Of a stretch of 64,000 nucleotides of DNA, positions 1-9,842 are shown piece by piece. Position 1 is the first letter of the stretch; each line of letters opens with the position of its first letter. The notes beneath the pieces were generated by a model. It had not been told where the DNA came from and did not search any database. It worked only from the letters and a program-made list of their open reading frames with translations. The stretch is from an uncultured Clostridia bacterium. Lineage in GTDB: Bacteria; Bacillota; Clostridia; TANB77; CAG-508. The translations under genes were made by a program, and so were the position numbers. The stretch lies in assembly GCA_944389125.1 (NCBI GenBank), contig CALXLF010000002.1, positions 164,588 through 228,587 on the forward strand, read 5' to 3'.

Positions 1-26
1 GGAAAATATGATAAGGGAGAGTTGAT

Positions 27-446
27 ATGAAAAATAAATTTGATTTTTTTCATTTGTATTATCCGCAAGTAATAGCTGATTCATGTAATTATTTTAAAAG
101 TATTAATGGAATTTATATTGATTTACCAGCTATTATTAAAGAAGAACATAAAAATGTTGAGTATGAAAATGCTGAAAAAATCAAATTTCAAGATTCTATA
201 TATTTAAAAGCAAATAAAAATACCAAAATAAAATTAAATATGCCAATTAAAAATCACGCTTTTTACTATGGTGTAATAAATATTAGTGATAATGATAATT
301 TATCTTTTTTATATTGGTTTAATATAAATAATAAAACTCAGTTTGAAAATATAAAACATTATTTAGAAAATAATTTAAAAATTGGTTTGATGAAAGGAAG
401 CAATGAAAAGTATTTAATTGCTGTTTGGTCAGGATATGAGAAGTGA
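27..446 (+). CDS. hypothetical protein (139 aa), no recognisable motif
   Basis: ORF with an upstream GGGAGAG RBS. The product is Asn/Lys-rich and overlaps the next ORF in an ATGA-type junction. Confidence 0.45.
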   Translation: MKNKFDFFHLYYPQVIADSCNYFKSINGIYIDLPAIIKEEHKNVEYENAEKIKFQDSIYLKANKNTKIKLNMPIKNHAFYYGVINISDNDNLSFLYWFNINNKTQFENIKHYLENNLKIGLMKGSNEKYLIAVWSGYEK

Positions 447-1593
447 AATAGAAAAATACATTTATCCAAATTATTTTAGTAAAGGATATCCACTTTTAAC
501 ACCAGAGATTAATGATATATGGGCTGATATATTAAATATTTTAATAGAATGTTTTGAAAAAGAGTTTAAAGATATAAAAATAGTAAATACATTACCATTA
601 ACTTATGATATAAATTTCTTATCTAAATTTTATGGAAAATATTTCGATAAAATTGAAGAAATGATTCCAAGATATAAAAAAGATGATAATAAAGAAAAAG
701 CTTTACTTACAGATAAATTACCTGTAGTAGTAAATTATATTAATAATAAAAAAATAGATAATTTGATATCAACATATACAGTTGTTAGACCAAGAAGTTT
801 TGGACTTAGAACATATCTTTACGAGGAATTTATTAGATATTTTCAGTTAATTATTTCTACAGATAAACTTGAAAAAAAAGAGTTTACACAAAAAATAAAA
901 AGTTCATTAGAAGAATTTTTTAGAAAAATAAATTTAGAAGTGATTTTAGCTGGACGTATTTCAGAATCTTATTATAGTAATAAAAGTACATTTTTTTCTA
1001 TATGGTTGGATGATAGAATTACTGATATTTTACAATGTGGACTATTGAGGGAAAATGTTGTAAATTCAATATTTACATCAAGTAAAAAGACAAGATTTGT
1101 AATGGATATTGGAGGCTCTCAACGTTTAATTACAGCATGGATTTATGCTAATTCTGATAAATTAGGTTTAAAATTTCCAAAGGCTATGAGACAATATGAT
1201 ATATTACTTGAAGTTAAGAATTCAACAGAGTTTAGTAAAAAAATTATAAATTATTGTAAAGAAAATAAAATTAGGGTTTTATTTGATCAATCTTTAGGAA
1301 AGAAAAAAATAAATAAAATAAGAAATTTAGGGTATAGCCAAAGTGTTGATATTCTATTGATTCAAAGAAATAGAGATGGTAAAGAATTTTATGATGTTTT
1401 TTATCGAAATGGAGACAAAAGACTAATTAGTAATATAAATGAACTTAAAGACTGTTATAATAATTATGAAGATATATTTTTGATTAATCAGAAAAAAATA
1501 ATAAAAAAACATATTAATAATCAAAAAATACATCCATCTACATATTTTGGTGATTTACCAGTTATGGATGATAATTTGTTTAAGGAGAATTAA
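436..1593 (+). CDS. hypothetical protein (~386 aa); ATG at 436 is the likely start, TTG at 418 is possible
   Basis: Long ORF ending 1 nt before gap. It has no similarity I can recognise and is not CggR-like despite its position upstream of gap. Confidence 0.5.
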   Translation: MRSEIEKYIYPNYFSKGYPLLTPEINDIWADILNILIECFEKEFKDIKIVNTLPLTYDINFLSKFYGKYFDKIEEMIPRYKKDDNKEKALLTDKLPVVVNYINNKKIDNLISTYTVVRPRSFGLRTYLYEEFIRYFQLIISTDKLEKKEFTQKIKSSLEEFFRKINLEVILAGRISESYYSNKSTFFSIWLDDRITDILQCGLLRENVVNSIFTSSKKTRFVMDIGGSQRLITAWIYANSDKLGLKFPKAMRQYDILLEVKNSTEFSKKIINYCKENKIRVLFDQSLGKKKINKIRNLGYSQSVDILLIQRNRDGKEFYDVFYRNGDKRLISNINELKDCYNNYEDIFLINQKKIIKKHINNQKIHPSTYFGDLPVMDDNLFKEN

Positions 1594-2622
1594 ATGAATA
1601 AAAAAATTAAAATCGGAATTAATGGATTTGGGAGAATTGGTAGTCTTATTTTCAGAAGGGCAGTAAAAGATGAAAATGTAGAAGTCGTCGGAATAAATGA
1701 TCCTAATATACCAATTGATTATATGTGCCATTTAATGAAATATGATTCAGCACATGGTATTTTTAATGAAAATATAAAACTTTTAGATGGAAAAATACAA
1801 GTAAATGACAGTGAAATTAAAATTTTTTCAGAAAATAATCCTAAAGATATTGATTGGAAAAGTTGTGGAGCTGAATATATAGCTGAAGCTTCTGGAAAAT
1901 TTGATAATATAGAAGGCTCATCATTACATTTTAATGGTGGAGCAAAAAAAGTAGTTATAACTGCTCCATCAAAAGATGCTCCTATGTTTGTTATGGGAGT
2001 TAACCAAAAAGAATATAAGAAAGGAACTAAAATAATTTCTAATTCATCATGTATTACCAATTGTTTAGCTCCTCTTGCAAAAGTAATAAATGATAATTTT
2101 GGGATAGAAGAGGCAATTATGACATCAGTTCATTCTGCAACTGGTGTTCAAAATGTAGTTGATGGAATTATGTATGAAGATTGGAGAGCTGGAAGAGCTG
2201 TTTTAAATAATATTATACAAACTCCAACTTATTCAGCAGAAACAGTTGGTAGGGTGATTCCAGAACTAGATGGAAAACTTCTGGGAACGGAATTTAGAGT
2301 ACCCACATTAGATGTATCTGCAATAGATGTCACAATTAAATTAAAAAAGGAAACAACTTATGAAGATATAAAAAAAGCAATGAAAGATGCTTCTGATAGT
2401 AGTGAGTTTAAAGACATTATTGAATATACAGAAGAGAAAGTTGTTTCATCAGATTTTGTTGGTGATATACATACATCAATATTTGATGCCAGTGCCGGAA
2501 TAATGATGTCACCTAAATTTGTAAAGCTTATCGCTTGGTATGATAATGAATGGAGCTATGCTTGCAAAGTAATTGATTTAATGAAATATGTTTATAAAGT
2601 TGATGAAGGAGGAAATAAATAA
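1594..2622 (+). CDS. gap: glyceraldehyde-3-phosphate dehydrogenase
   Basis: N-terminal INGFGRIGS Rossmann motif, the active-site [10 protein letters not shown] (variant of SSCTTNC) and the C-terminal WYDNEW motif. Length is 342 aa. Confidence 0.95.
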   Translation: MNKKIKIGINGFGRIGSLIFRRAVKDENVEVVGINDPNIPIDYMCHLMKYDSAHGIFNENIKLLDGKIQVNDSEIKIFSENNPKDIDWKSCGAEYIAEASGKFDNIEGSSLHFNGGAKKVVITAPSKDAPMFVMGVNQKEYKKGTKIISNSSCITNCLAPLAKVINDNFGIEEAIMTSVHSATGVQNVVDGIMYEDWRAGRAVLNNIIQTPTYSAETVGRVIPELDGKLLGTEFRVPTLDVSAIDVTIKLKKETTYEDIKKAMKDASDSSEFKDIIEYTEEKVVSSDFVGDIHTSIFDASAGIMMSPKFVKLIAWYDNEWSYACKVIDLMKYVYKVDEGGNK

Positions 2623-5066
2623 TGAGATATTCTAAAGAGGTTGATAGAAAATGGCAAAAAAGATGGAAAGAATCAGGATTATATAAATTTGATATTAGTA
2701 ATCTTGATAAAAAGTTTTATTCATTGGAAATGTTTTCATATCCATCAGGAGCAAGATTACATTTAGGACATTGGTTTAATTTTGCACCATCAGATTCATT
2801 TGCTAGATTTAAAAGTATGCAAGGATATAATGTTTTTCATCCTATGGGATTTGATGCTTTTGGATTACCTGCTGAGAATTATGCTATAAAAACAGGTATT
2901 CATCCAGAAGAATCAACTTTAAAAAATATAGAAACAATGAAAAGACAATTAGAAGAAATGGGAGCTAATTACGATTGGAATTATTCTGTTGAAACTTGTA
3001 TGCCAGATTATTATAAATGGACTCAATGGATATTCTTAAAACTATTTGAAAAAGGCCTTGCTTATAAAAAAGAAGCACCTGTTAATTGGTGCAAAAGTTG
3101 TAATACAGTATTAGCAAATGAACAAGTTGTAAATGGAGAATGTGAAAGATGTGGCACTATAGTAGAAAGAAGGAAAATGTCTCAATGGTTTTTTAAAATT
3201 ACTGATTATGCAGAAGAGTTATTAGAAGGATTAAAAGATTTAGATTGGCCTGAATCAACCAAAAAGGTTCAAGCAAATTGGATAGGTCGTTCTGAAGGAG
3301 CAGAAGTAAAATTTAAGATTGAAGGAAGTAAAGATGAATATTTAACAGCTTTTACAACAAGAGTTGATACATTAAATGGAGTAACATATGTTGTTATAGC
3401 TCCTGAAAGTGATATAACTTTAAAATTAACGAAACCTGAATATCTTGATGCTGTAAATAAGTACAGAGAACAAACTGCAAAAGCTTCTGATATAGAAAGA
3501 ATGTCAACCGAAAGAGAAAAAACTGGAGTATTTACAGGTTCTTATGTAATTAATCCAATTAATGGAGAAAGAGTTCCTCTTTGGGTATCTGATTATGTAA
3601 TTGAAGGTTATGGAACAGGTGTAGTTATGGCTGTTCCAGCACATGATGAAAGAGATTATGAATTTGCTAAAAAATATAATTTGAAAATAAAAGAAGTTAT
3701 AAAACCTGTAGATGGAAATGCGGAATTACCATATACTGACTATGGAATATTAATTAATAGTGGAGAATTTAATGGATTAACAAGTGCTGAAGCTAAAAAG
3801 AAAATTGTTGAAAAATTGAGTAAAACAAATGAAGGTAAACAAACAGTAAATTATAGATTAAAAGATTGGTTAGTATCAAGACAAAGATATTGGGGAGCAC
3901 CAATTCCTATTATATATTGTCCTGATTGTGGAATTGTACCTGTACCAGAAAAAGATTTGCCAGTATTATTACCTCATGATGTTGAATTTAGACCTGATGG
4001 TGAATCACCATTAAGAAAATCAAAAGAGTTTATGCATTGTAAATGTCCAAAATGTAACAAAGATGCTATGAGAGAATCTGATACTTTAGATACTTTTGTA
4101 GATTCAAGTTTCTACTTTTTAAGATATCCTGATGCTAGAAATTCTGAAAAAATATGGGATAAAGAGATAGTTGATAAGATTATGCCAGTTGATGTTTATG
4201 TTGGAGGTAAGGAACATGCTACAATGCATCTTATATATGCTAGATTTATGACAAAAGCATTAAGAGATATGGGATATGTAGACTGTGATGAACCTTTTAA
4301 GAAAATGGTTCATCAAGGAATGATTTTAGGTCCAGATGGTAATAAAATGAGTAAATCAAAAGGAAATACAGTTGCTCCTGATCCTTATGTTGACAAATAT
4401 GGTTCAGATACATTTAGAATGTATATTATGTTTGGATTTTCTTTTACAGAGGGTGGTCCTTGGAAAGATGAAGGAATACAAGCTATTGTTAAATATTTAA
4501 CTAGAGTAGAAAATTTAGCAGATAGAATACTTAATAATAAATATAAAACTAAAAATACGATAGATGATGAAGAAAAAGAATTAATTTATGTAAAAAATAG
4601 AACTATTAAAGCAATGGAAGCAGATATAGATAGATTTCAATTTAATACAGCAATAGCACGTTCTATGGAGTTTATAAATGAAATGGTAAAATATGAACAA
4701 TTACCAATAGTAAATGAGAAGCTACTTAGAGAATCATTTGAAACATATATCACTCTTATTTCTCCATTAGCTCCACATTTTTCTGAAGAAATTTGGGAAC
4801 AATTTGGACATACTGAATCTGTTCACAAAGAATTATGGCCAAAATATGATGAAAAAGAAATCGCTAAATATCAAATTAATTTGCCAATTCAAATTAATGG
4901 AAAACTTAAAACTGTAATAAAAACTAATAGAGAAGCAACAAAAGAGGATGTTAAAGAAGCAATAAAAGATGTTCCAACAATAGTACAAGCTTTAAAGAAT
5001 TTTGAAATAAAAGATGAAATATTTGTACCTCAAAAAATATTTAATATTGTTGGAAAAAAGAAATAA
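2622..5066 (+). CDS. leuS: leucyl-tRNA synthetase (native-composition copy)
   Basis: 814 aa with the HLGHWFNF class-I HIGH-type motif, a KMSKSKGN motif and CP1 editing-domain length. The start overlaps the gap stop (TAATGA). Confidence 0.95.
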   Translation: MRYSKEVDRKWQKRWKESGLYKFDISNLDKKFYSLEMFSYPSGARLHLGHWFNFAPSDSFARFKSMQGYNVFHPMGFDAFGLPAENYAIKTGIHPEESTLKNIETMKRQLEEMGANYDWNYSVETCMPDYYKWTQWIFLKLFEKGLAYKKEAPVNWCKSCNTVLANEQVVNGECERCGTIVERRKMSQWFFKITDYAEELLEGLKDLDWPESTKKVQANWIGRSEGAEVKFKIEGSKDEYLTAFTTRVDTLNGVTYVVIAPESDITLKLTKPEYLDAVNKYREQTAKASDIERMSTEREKTGVFTGSYVINPINGERVPLWVSDYVIEGYGTGVVMAVPAHDERDYEFAKKYNLKIKEVIKPVDGNAELPYTDYGILINSGEFNGLTSAEAKKKIVEKLSKTNEGKQTVNYRLKDWLVSRQRYWGAPIPIIYCPDCGIVPVPEKDLPVLLPHDVEFRPDGESPLRKSKEFMHCKCPKCNKDAMRESDTLDTFVDSSFYFLRYPDARNSEKIWDKEIVDKIMPVDVYVGGKEHATMHLIYARFMTKALRDMGYVDCDEPFKKMVHQGMILGPDGNKMSKSKGNTVAPDPYVDKYGSDTFRMYIMFGFSFTEGGPWKDEGIQAIVKYLTRVENLADRILNNKYKTKNTIDDEEKELIYVKNRTIKAMEADIDRFQFNTAIARSMEFINEMVKYEQLPIVNEKLLRESFETYITLISPLAPHFSEEIWEQFGHTESVHKELWPKYDEKEIAKYQINLPIQINGKLKTVIKTNREATKEDVKEAIKDVPTIVQALKNFEIKDEIFVPQKIFNIVGKKK

Positions 5067-5081
5067 ATATTTTAATTAAAT

Positions 5082-5120
5082 AAAAAAAGGATGGCACCTG
5101 CTTATAGCAGGTGCCATTTA
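5082..5120. terminator. bidirectional rho-independent terminator between the convergent leuS copies
   Basis: Perfect 11-bp stem ATGGCACCTGC / GCAGGTGCCAT with a 5-nt loop, flanked by an A-run upstream that acts as the T-run for the minus-strand gene. Confidence 0.75.
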
Positions 5121-5127
5121 GTGTGCA

Positions 5128-7545
5128 TCATCTTACAACAAAGTTGATGATACGTCGAGGAACGTAAACCACTCTTTGAATGGTTTTACCGTTCAACTTG
5201 TGTGTAACATACTCTTGCGCAATGGCTTCAGCTTCAGACTGGGTGGCATTGGGATCAATTTCTATTTTGGCAATAGTTTTTCCGTTCATTTGAACAGGAA
5301 TCTCGATTTTGTCAGATGCCATTTTGTCTTTATCAGCTTTAGGCCAATGACCGGTTATAAAGATACTCTGACTATGTCCAAGCTTTTGCCAGTATTCTTC
5401 CGCTGTATGTGGAGCACTTGGTGCCATAAGACAAGCCAGTATTTCCATGACAGATGTGAGAACTTTAGAATTTCTTCCTGTGTCCAAATATCTGCCAATT
5501 TGGTTGGAGAGTTCCATCATCTTAGCAATCGCAGTATTGAATTGGAAGACCTCAAAATCACGAGTGATTTTATCAATCGCAATGTTCATAAATTTTTCGA
5601 GATCTGCTTCTTCTTTACCATACAAGTCTGAAAACTCTTTGATGGCAAAGTACCTGTTATAGTACCGATCAATTCGTTTAAAGTACTTGTTGATTGCTTC
5701 GAGCCCACTATCTGACCATGGGCCACCTTCCGTGTATTTGAATCCGAACATCAGGTATGTGCGAAATACATCGCTACCATACTTTTCTACATATTCATCT
5801 GGAGAAACTGTATTACCTTTAGATTTACTCATCTTCTGGCCGTCAGCTCCGAGAATCATACCCTGATGTATAAGCCTTTGAAATGGCTCATTAATGTCCA
5901 AATATCCTGCGTCGCGAAGAGCTTTGGTTACAAATCTGGAATAGATCAGGTGCATACAGCTGTGTTCAGCACCACCAACGTACATATCCACAGGGAGCAT
6001 TTTATTGACAATATCCTTGTCAAATGCTTTTTTGGAATTCCGCGCATCGGGATAACGAAGCTGATACCAAGAGGAACACATAAATGTATCCATAGTATCT
6101 ACTTCTCGACGTGCTTTTTTACCACAGCATGGACATGTTGTTTCTACAAATTCGCGACATTTCGCAAGAGGAGACTCTCCAGTTGGTGAAAACTCAACAT
6201 CATAGGGGAGTTCAACCGGCAAATCCTTTTCGGGGACTGGTACGATTCCACAATTATCACAATAGATAATTGGAATTGGAGCACCCCAGTATCTCTGACG
6301 TGAGATAAGCCAATCTCTCAGCCTGTAAGATATTGCTTTTCCACCGCAGTTTTTCTGCTCCAAGAAAGTGTTGATGGTTTCCTTGGCTTGGGTTGCTGTC
6401 ATGCCATTGAGGAAATCAGAATTAATCATCATTCCATCTTTGCCAATATAGACCTTTTCAGAATCATTTCCATTTGAAATAACAGTGATGATTTCGAGGT
6501 CATGTTTTTTAGCAAATTCGTAGTCTTTTTCGTCATGTGCTGGAACAGCCATAGCAATTCCAGTCCCATAACTTTCAATGATGTAATCAGCTACCCAAAT
6601 GGGAATTTTCTTCCCAGTTACAGGATTGATAGCAAATGCACCAGTGAAGACACCAGTTTTTTCGTGCTTTGTTGACTGCCTTTCAATTTCAGTCAGATAT
6701 TCAGCTTGTTTTACATAGACATTAACATCCTCCTTAAACTCGTCAGTAACAATGTCTTCCAAAGCATCATGCTCAGGAGCAATAAGAAGAGCAGTACTGC
6801 CAAATACCATTTCTGGTTTGTCAGTGAAGACTTCGAGTTCTTTACCATTTTCAGTTTTGAAAATGATTTTTGACCCCTCAGTTTTACCAATCCATGCCCT
6901 TTGCATAGCTTTTGTCTTTTCTGGCCAATCAAGATGGTTCAGGCCTTCGATGAGTTCTTCTGCATAATCCGTGATTTTCAGAAACCACTGAGACATTTTT
7001 TTTGTGTGTACTTCAGTTCCACACCGTTCGCAGCAGCCATCTTTGACCTGTTCTCTAGCCAGAACGGTTTTGCATGATGGACACCAGTTTGCTGGAGCAG
7101 ACTTTTTATATGCAAGCCCCATTTTGTAGAGCTGCAGAAATACCCATTGTGTCCATTTGTAGTATTCTGGATCACAAGTGATGATTTCTTTACTCCAATC
7201 AAACATTCCGCCCATGTCATCAAGCTGGCGTTTCATGACAGCAATATTGTGATAAGTGCTGTTTTTTGGATGTACTCCTGTCTTGATAGCATAGTTTTCT
7301 GCCGGCAGTCCAAACGCGTCAAATCCCATAGGCTGAAATACAGCATATCCTTGAAGACGTTTGAATCTAGCCCAGCTATCAACTAGGCCAAAGTTGAACC
7401 AGTGCCCCAAATGAAGCTTGGCTCCTGACGGATACGAAAACATTTCCATGACATAGAGTTTCCGCTTGATGTTGCTTTCATGGAAAGTAGCAATGCCAAG
7501 CTCTTTCCATTTAGCTTGCCAAAGCCTTTCTTTTTCCAAGTTCAT
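5128..7545 (-). CDS. leuS: leucyl-tRNA synthetase, second copy with markedly higher G+C (probable horizontal acquisition)
   Basis: 805 aa and full length, with HLGHWFNF and KMSKSKGN motifs. By eye it is about two-thirds identical to the first copy over the N-terminal 230 aa. GC is visibly about 40-45% versus under 30% for the neighbours, and the many spurious antisense ORFs are typical of GC-richer DNA. The start has an AAAGGAGAG RBS. Confidence 0.9.
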   Translation of the reverse strand: MNLEKERLWQAKWKELGIATFHESNIKRKLYVMEMFSYPSGAKLHLGHWFNFGLVDSWARFKRLQGYAVFQPMGFDAFGLPAENYAIKTGVHPKNSTYHNIAVMKRQLDDMGGMFDWSKEIITCDPEYYKWTQWVFLQLYKMGLAYKKSAPANWCPSCKTVLAREQVKDGCCERCGTEVHTKKMSQWFLKITDYAEELIEGLNHLDWPEKTKAMQRAWIGKTEGSKIIFKTENGKELEVFTDKPEMVFGSTALLIAPEHDALEDIVTDEFKEDVNVYVKQAEYLTEIERQSTKHEKTGVFTGAFAINPVTGKKIPIWVADYIIESYGTGIAMAVPAHDEKDYEFAKKHDLEIITVISNGNDSEKVYIGKDGMMINSDFLNGMTATQAKETINTFLEQKNCGGKAISYRLRDWLISRQRYWGAPIPIIYCDNCGIVPVPEKDLPVELPYDVEFSPTGESPLAKCREFVETTCPCCGKKARREVDTMDTFMCSSWYQLRYPDARNSKKAFDKDIVNKMLPVDMYVGGAEHSCMHLIYSRFVTKALRDAGYLDINEPFQRLIHQGMILGADGQKMSKSKGNTVSPDEYVEKYGSDVFRTYLMFGFKYTEGGPWSDSGLEAINKYFKRIDRYYNRYFAIKEFSDLYGKEEADLEKFMNIAIDKITRDFEVFQFNTAIAKMMELSNQIGRYLDTGRNSKVLTSVMEILACLMAPSAPHTAEEYWQKLGHSQSIFITGHWPKADKDKMASDKIEIPVQMNGKTIAKIEIDPNATQSEAEAIAQEYVTHKLNGKTIQRVVYVPRRIINFVVR

Positions 7546-7745
7546 ATGGACTCTCCTTTCTGTAGTCTGTAAACTGTGATGTGATAGAGTATGTTAAAAT
7601 AAACAAGTTAGTTTTCTCTCCTTCCTTAAGTATTTGTCTCTACACTAAGAGACTTTTCAACATTGTTTATTTAACAATCATATTATAGCATATGAAAAGT
7701 TATTACGTCAACTTGATACAACTGCATTTTTGTGATTTTTCATTG

Positions 7746-7785
7746 ACAATTACGCTATTTTGTGATATGTATAATAAAACTAATA
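7746..7785 (+). promoter_or_regulatory. putative sigma-A promoter for the asnA-like gene
   Basis: TTGACA, a 17-nt spacer, then TATGTATAAT (TG-extended -10). Confidence 0.3.
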
Positions 7786-7902
7786 TAGCGAACTATTATA
7801 TATATAATATAATAGGATACAAATTAATTACATAGCTTCGATAAACTGCACTATATAGGTTTTTATAGTGCTTTTATTCATTTTGATAAGGAGGGATTGA
7901 TG

Positions 7903-8916
7903 ATGGAAAGAATTAAACCAACAGGTTCATGGAAAAAATTAGATGATCATTTTTTAAGAGCAATTAGTGATCCATGGTATAAGTGTTTGGTAAACTTAGA
8001 AAATTTGATTTCAGAGTATACATTTCTTTTTTATATGAAAAAAGGAATTAAAACTATGCATCTACCTATAACAACAGGTTCAATATCTAGCCCTATGGGA
8101 CTTGGAAGTGATTCATTACCTGTAAAAATAAATTTGTCAGGGTGTGATACATATTTAGCAGATTCTATGCAATTTGCTTTAGAATATGGATGTAGATTTT
8201 TTGAAAATGGAACTTGGTATATAATGCCATCTTTTAGAGGAGAGGGAGAAGATGCAAGACATTTAAGTCAATTTTATCATAGTGAAGCTGAGATTCCTGG
8301 AACACTTGATGATGTTATAAAATTAATTGAAGAGTATTTAAAATTTTTGTGTGAAAATATTTTAAAAGAATATAAAGATGAGATTATTGAAATAGCCGGA
8401 ACAACTGAGCATATTGAGAAATTAATAAATTTAAAAGAAATCCCTAGAATTACATTTGAAGAAGCTGTTAAAATGTTAAATGATGACCCAAAATATATTG
8501 AACATAGTGAATATGGATTTAGAAATATTACAAGAATTGGTGAGACAGTATTATTGAAAAAATTTGGAGGATTTGTATGGCTTACTAATTTTGATAAAAT
8601 GGCAGTTCCATTTTATCAAGCACAGACTGAGGATAAAAAATATGCTAAAAATGCAGATTTACTTATGGGTATTGGAGAAACTGTTGGATGTGGAGAACGT
8701 CATGAAACAGGAAATGAAGTAAAAAAAGCTTTAAAAGATCATAATGTAGATGAAAATGAATATAAATGGTATATTCAAATGAAAGACAAATTTCCATTAA
8801 AGACTTCAGGATTTGGAATGGGAATAGAAAGATTTATTTTATGGTTGACAAAACAAAATGATATAAGAGATTGCCAATTATTGCCTAGATTTTTAGGAAA
8901 AAATGTTATACCATAA
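7903..8916 (+). CDS. AsnA-like amino acid-AMP ligase / asparaginyl-tRNA synthetase paralog lacking an anticodon-binding domain (archaeal-type asparagine synthetase family)
   Basis: Class II aaRS catalytic-core motifs are present: FRGEGEDARHLSQFYHSEAE (motif 2-like), GIGETVGCGERHE, and the C-terminal SGFGMGIERFILWLTKQNDIRDCQLLPRFLG (motif 3: GxGxGxER ... PR). There is no N-terminal OB or anticodon domain. TTG at 7897 or ATG at 7900/7903 are possible starts after an AAGGAGGG RBS. Confidence 0.7.
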   Translation: MERIKPTGSWKKLDDHFLRAISDPWYKCLVNLENLISEYTFLFYMKKGIKTMHLPITTGSISSPMGLGSDSLPVKINLSGCDTYLADSMQFALEYGCRFFENGTWYIMPSFRGEGEDARHLSQFYHSEAEIPGTLDDVIKLIEEYLKFLCENILKEYKDEIIEIAGTTEHIEKLINLKEIPRITFEEAVKMLNDDPKYIEHSEYGFRNITRIGETVLLKKFGGFVWLTNFDKMAVPFYQAQTEDKKYAKNADLLMGIGETVGCGERHETGNEVKKALKDHNVDENEYKWYIQMKDKFPLKTSGFGMGIERFILWLTKQNDIRDCQLLPRFLGKNVIP

Positions 8917-8949
8917 CATATACAAATTAATTTTATAAGGAAGGTTTTA

Positions 8950-9717
8950 ATGAATAAGAACAATATTCCAATTTTAGAATTTGATGAAGATAAAAATGCA
9001 ATTATTAGTCCAGATGATTTTAATAAGGATATCCCTAGGATTCAAGAAAAATGTATATTATGTTTTTTTAATGAAATTATAGATGAACTTGAAAGGCAAG
9101 GAAAAATTAGACATATAACAGAATTGCATTCTCCTTTAGGAAGTCATAAAATTTATGAGATGACATATAATGATGTATCAATAAATGTATTCAACCCAGG
9201 TCTTGGTGGACCAATGGCAGGAGGTTTTGTTGATGAATTAATTGGACTTGGAGTTAAAAATTTTATGGCTTGTGGAGGAGCTGGAGTTTTAATAGATGAA
9301 ATAGAGATGGGAACATTAATCATACCAACATCAGCTGTAAGAGATGAGGGTTTGTCTTATCATTATTTTCCAGCAAATCAAGATATATTTTTGAAAAATG
9401 AAGTTTATAATAAGATCGAATCTGTTTTAAATGAAAATGAAATAAAATTTTTAAAAGGAAAGACTTGGACTACAGATGCAATTTATAGAGAGACTAAAAC
9501 TAAAATTCAAAATAGAAAAAAACAAGGATGTATATGTGTTGAAATGGAGTTTGCCAGTATGCTTTCAGTAGCATTATTTAGAAATGTAAATTTTGGTCAG
9601 TTATTATATGGTGGAGATAGTGTTGATGGAGGTATTTGGAAATATAGAGATTGGTTGAAAAATGAAAGTGTTCAAATGAAAATGTTTTGGCTTTGTGCCG
9701 ATATTTTAACAAAATAA
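8950..9717 (+). CDS. PNP/UDP-1 family nucleoside phosphorylase-like protein
   Basis: Motifs NPGLGGPMAGG, MACGGAGVL, PTSAVRDEGLSYHY and VEMEFASM resemble the phosphate/ribose-binding and MEAA motifs of DeoD/Udp-type phosphorylases. Length is 255 aa. Confidence 0.65.
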   Translation: MNKNNIPILEFDEDKNAIISPDDFNKDIPRIQEKCILCFFNEIIDELERQGKIRHITELHSPLGSHKIYEMTYNDVSINVFNPGLGGPMAGGFVDELIGLGVKNFMACGGAGVLIDEIEMGTLIIPTSAVRDEGLSYHYFPANQDIFLKNEVYNKIESVLNENEIKFLKGKTWTTDAIYRETKTKIQNRKKQGCICVEMEFASMLSVALFRNVNFGQLLYGGDSVDGGIWKYRDWLKNESVQMKMFWLCADILTK

Positions 9718-9726
9718 AGTAATAAA

Positions 9727-9758
9727 ATAGAGCATTAAAATTGCTCTATTTTTGTTTG
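9727..9758 (+). terminator. rho-independent terminator
   Basis: ATAGAGC ... GCTCTAT hairpin followed by TTTTTGTTT. Confidence 0.7.
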
Positions 9759-9842
9759 AATTTTATCTTGACTTTTGGCTTAAAACATGTGATAATTTTT
9801 TCGTAGATTGATTTTTATATGTTTAATTAGGAGAAAAGTGCT

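Noticed and set aside
1719-2060. 113-aa minus-strand ORF inside gap
   Set aside because: It is antisense to a highly conserved GAPDH coding sequence.
5176-7386. Seven 70-150-aa ORFs on the + strand (5176-5631, 5447-5662, 5866-6189, 6752-6967, 7147-7386) and short minus-strand ORFs (6711-6932, 6978-7223) within the second leuS
   Set aside because: They lie antisense to, or out of frame with, a full-length LeuRS gene. They have no RBS, and their amino-acid composition is typical of GC-richer non-coding frames.
7546-7700. Possible T-box or leader RNA for the second leuS
   Set aside because: No GGUGG-type T-box motif or terminator/antiterminator pair was found; only a small 6-bp hairpin and the RBS are present.
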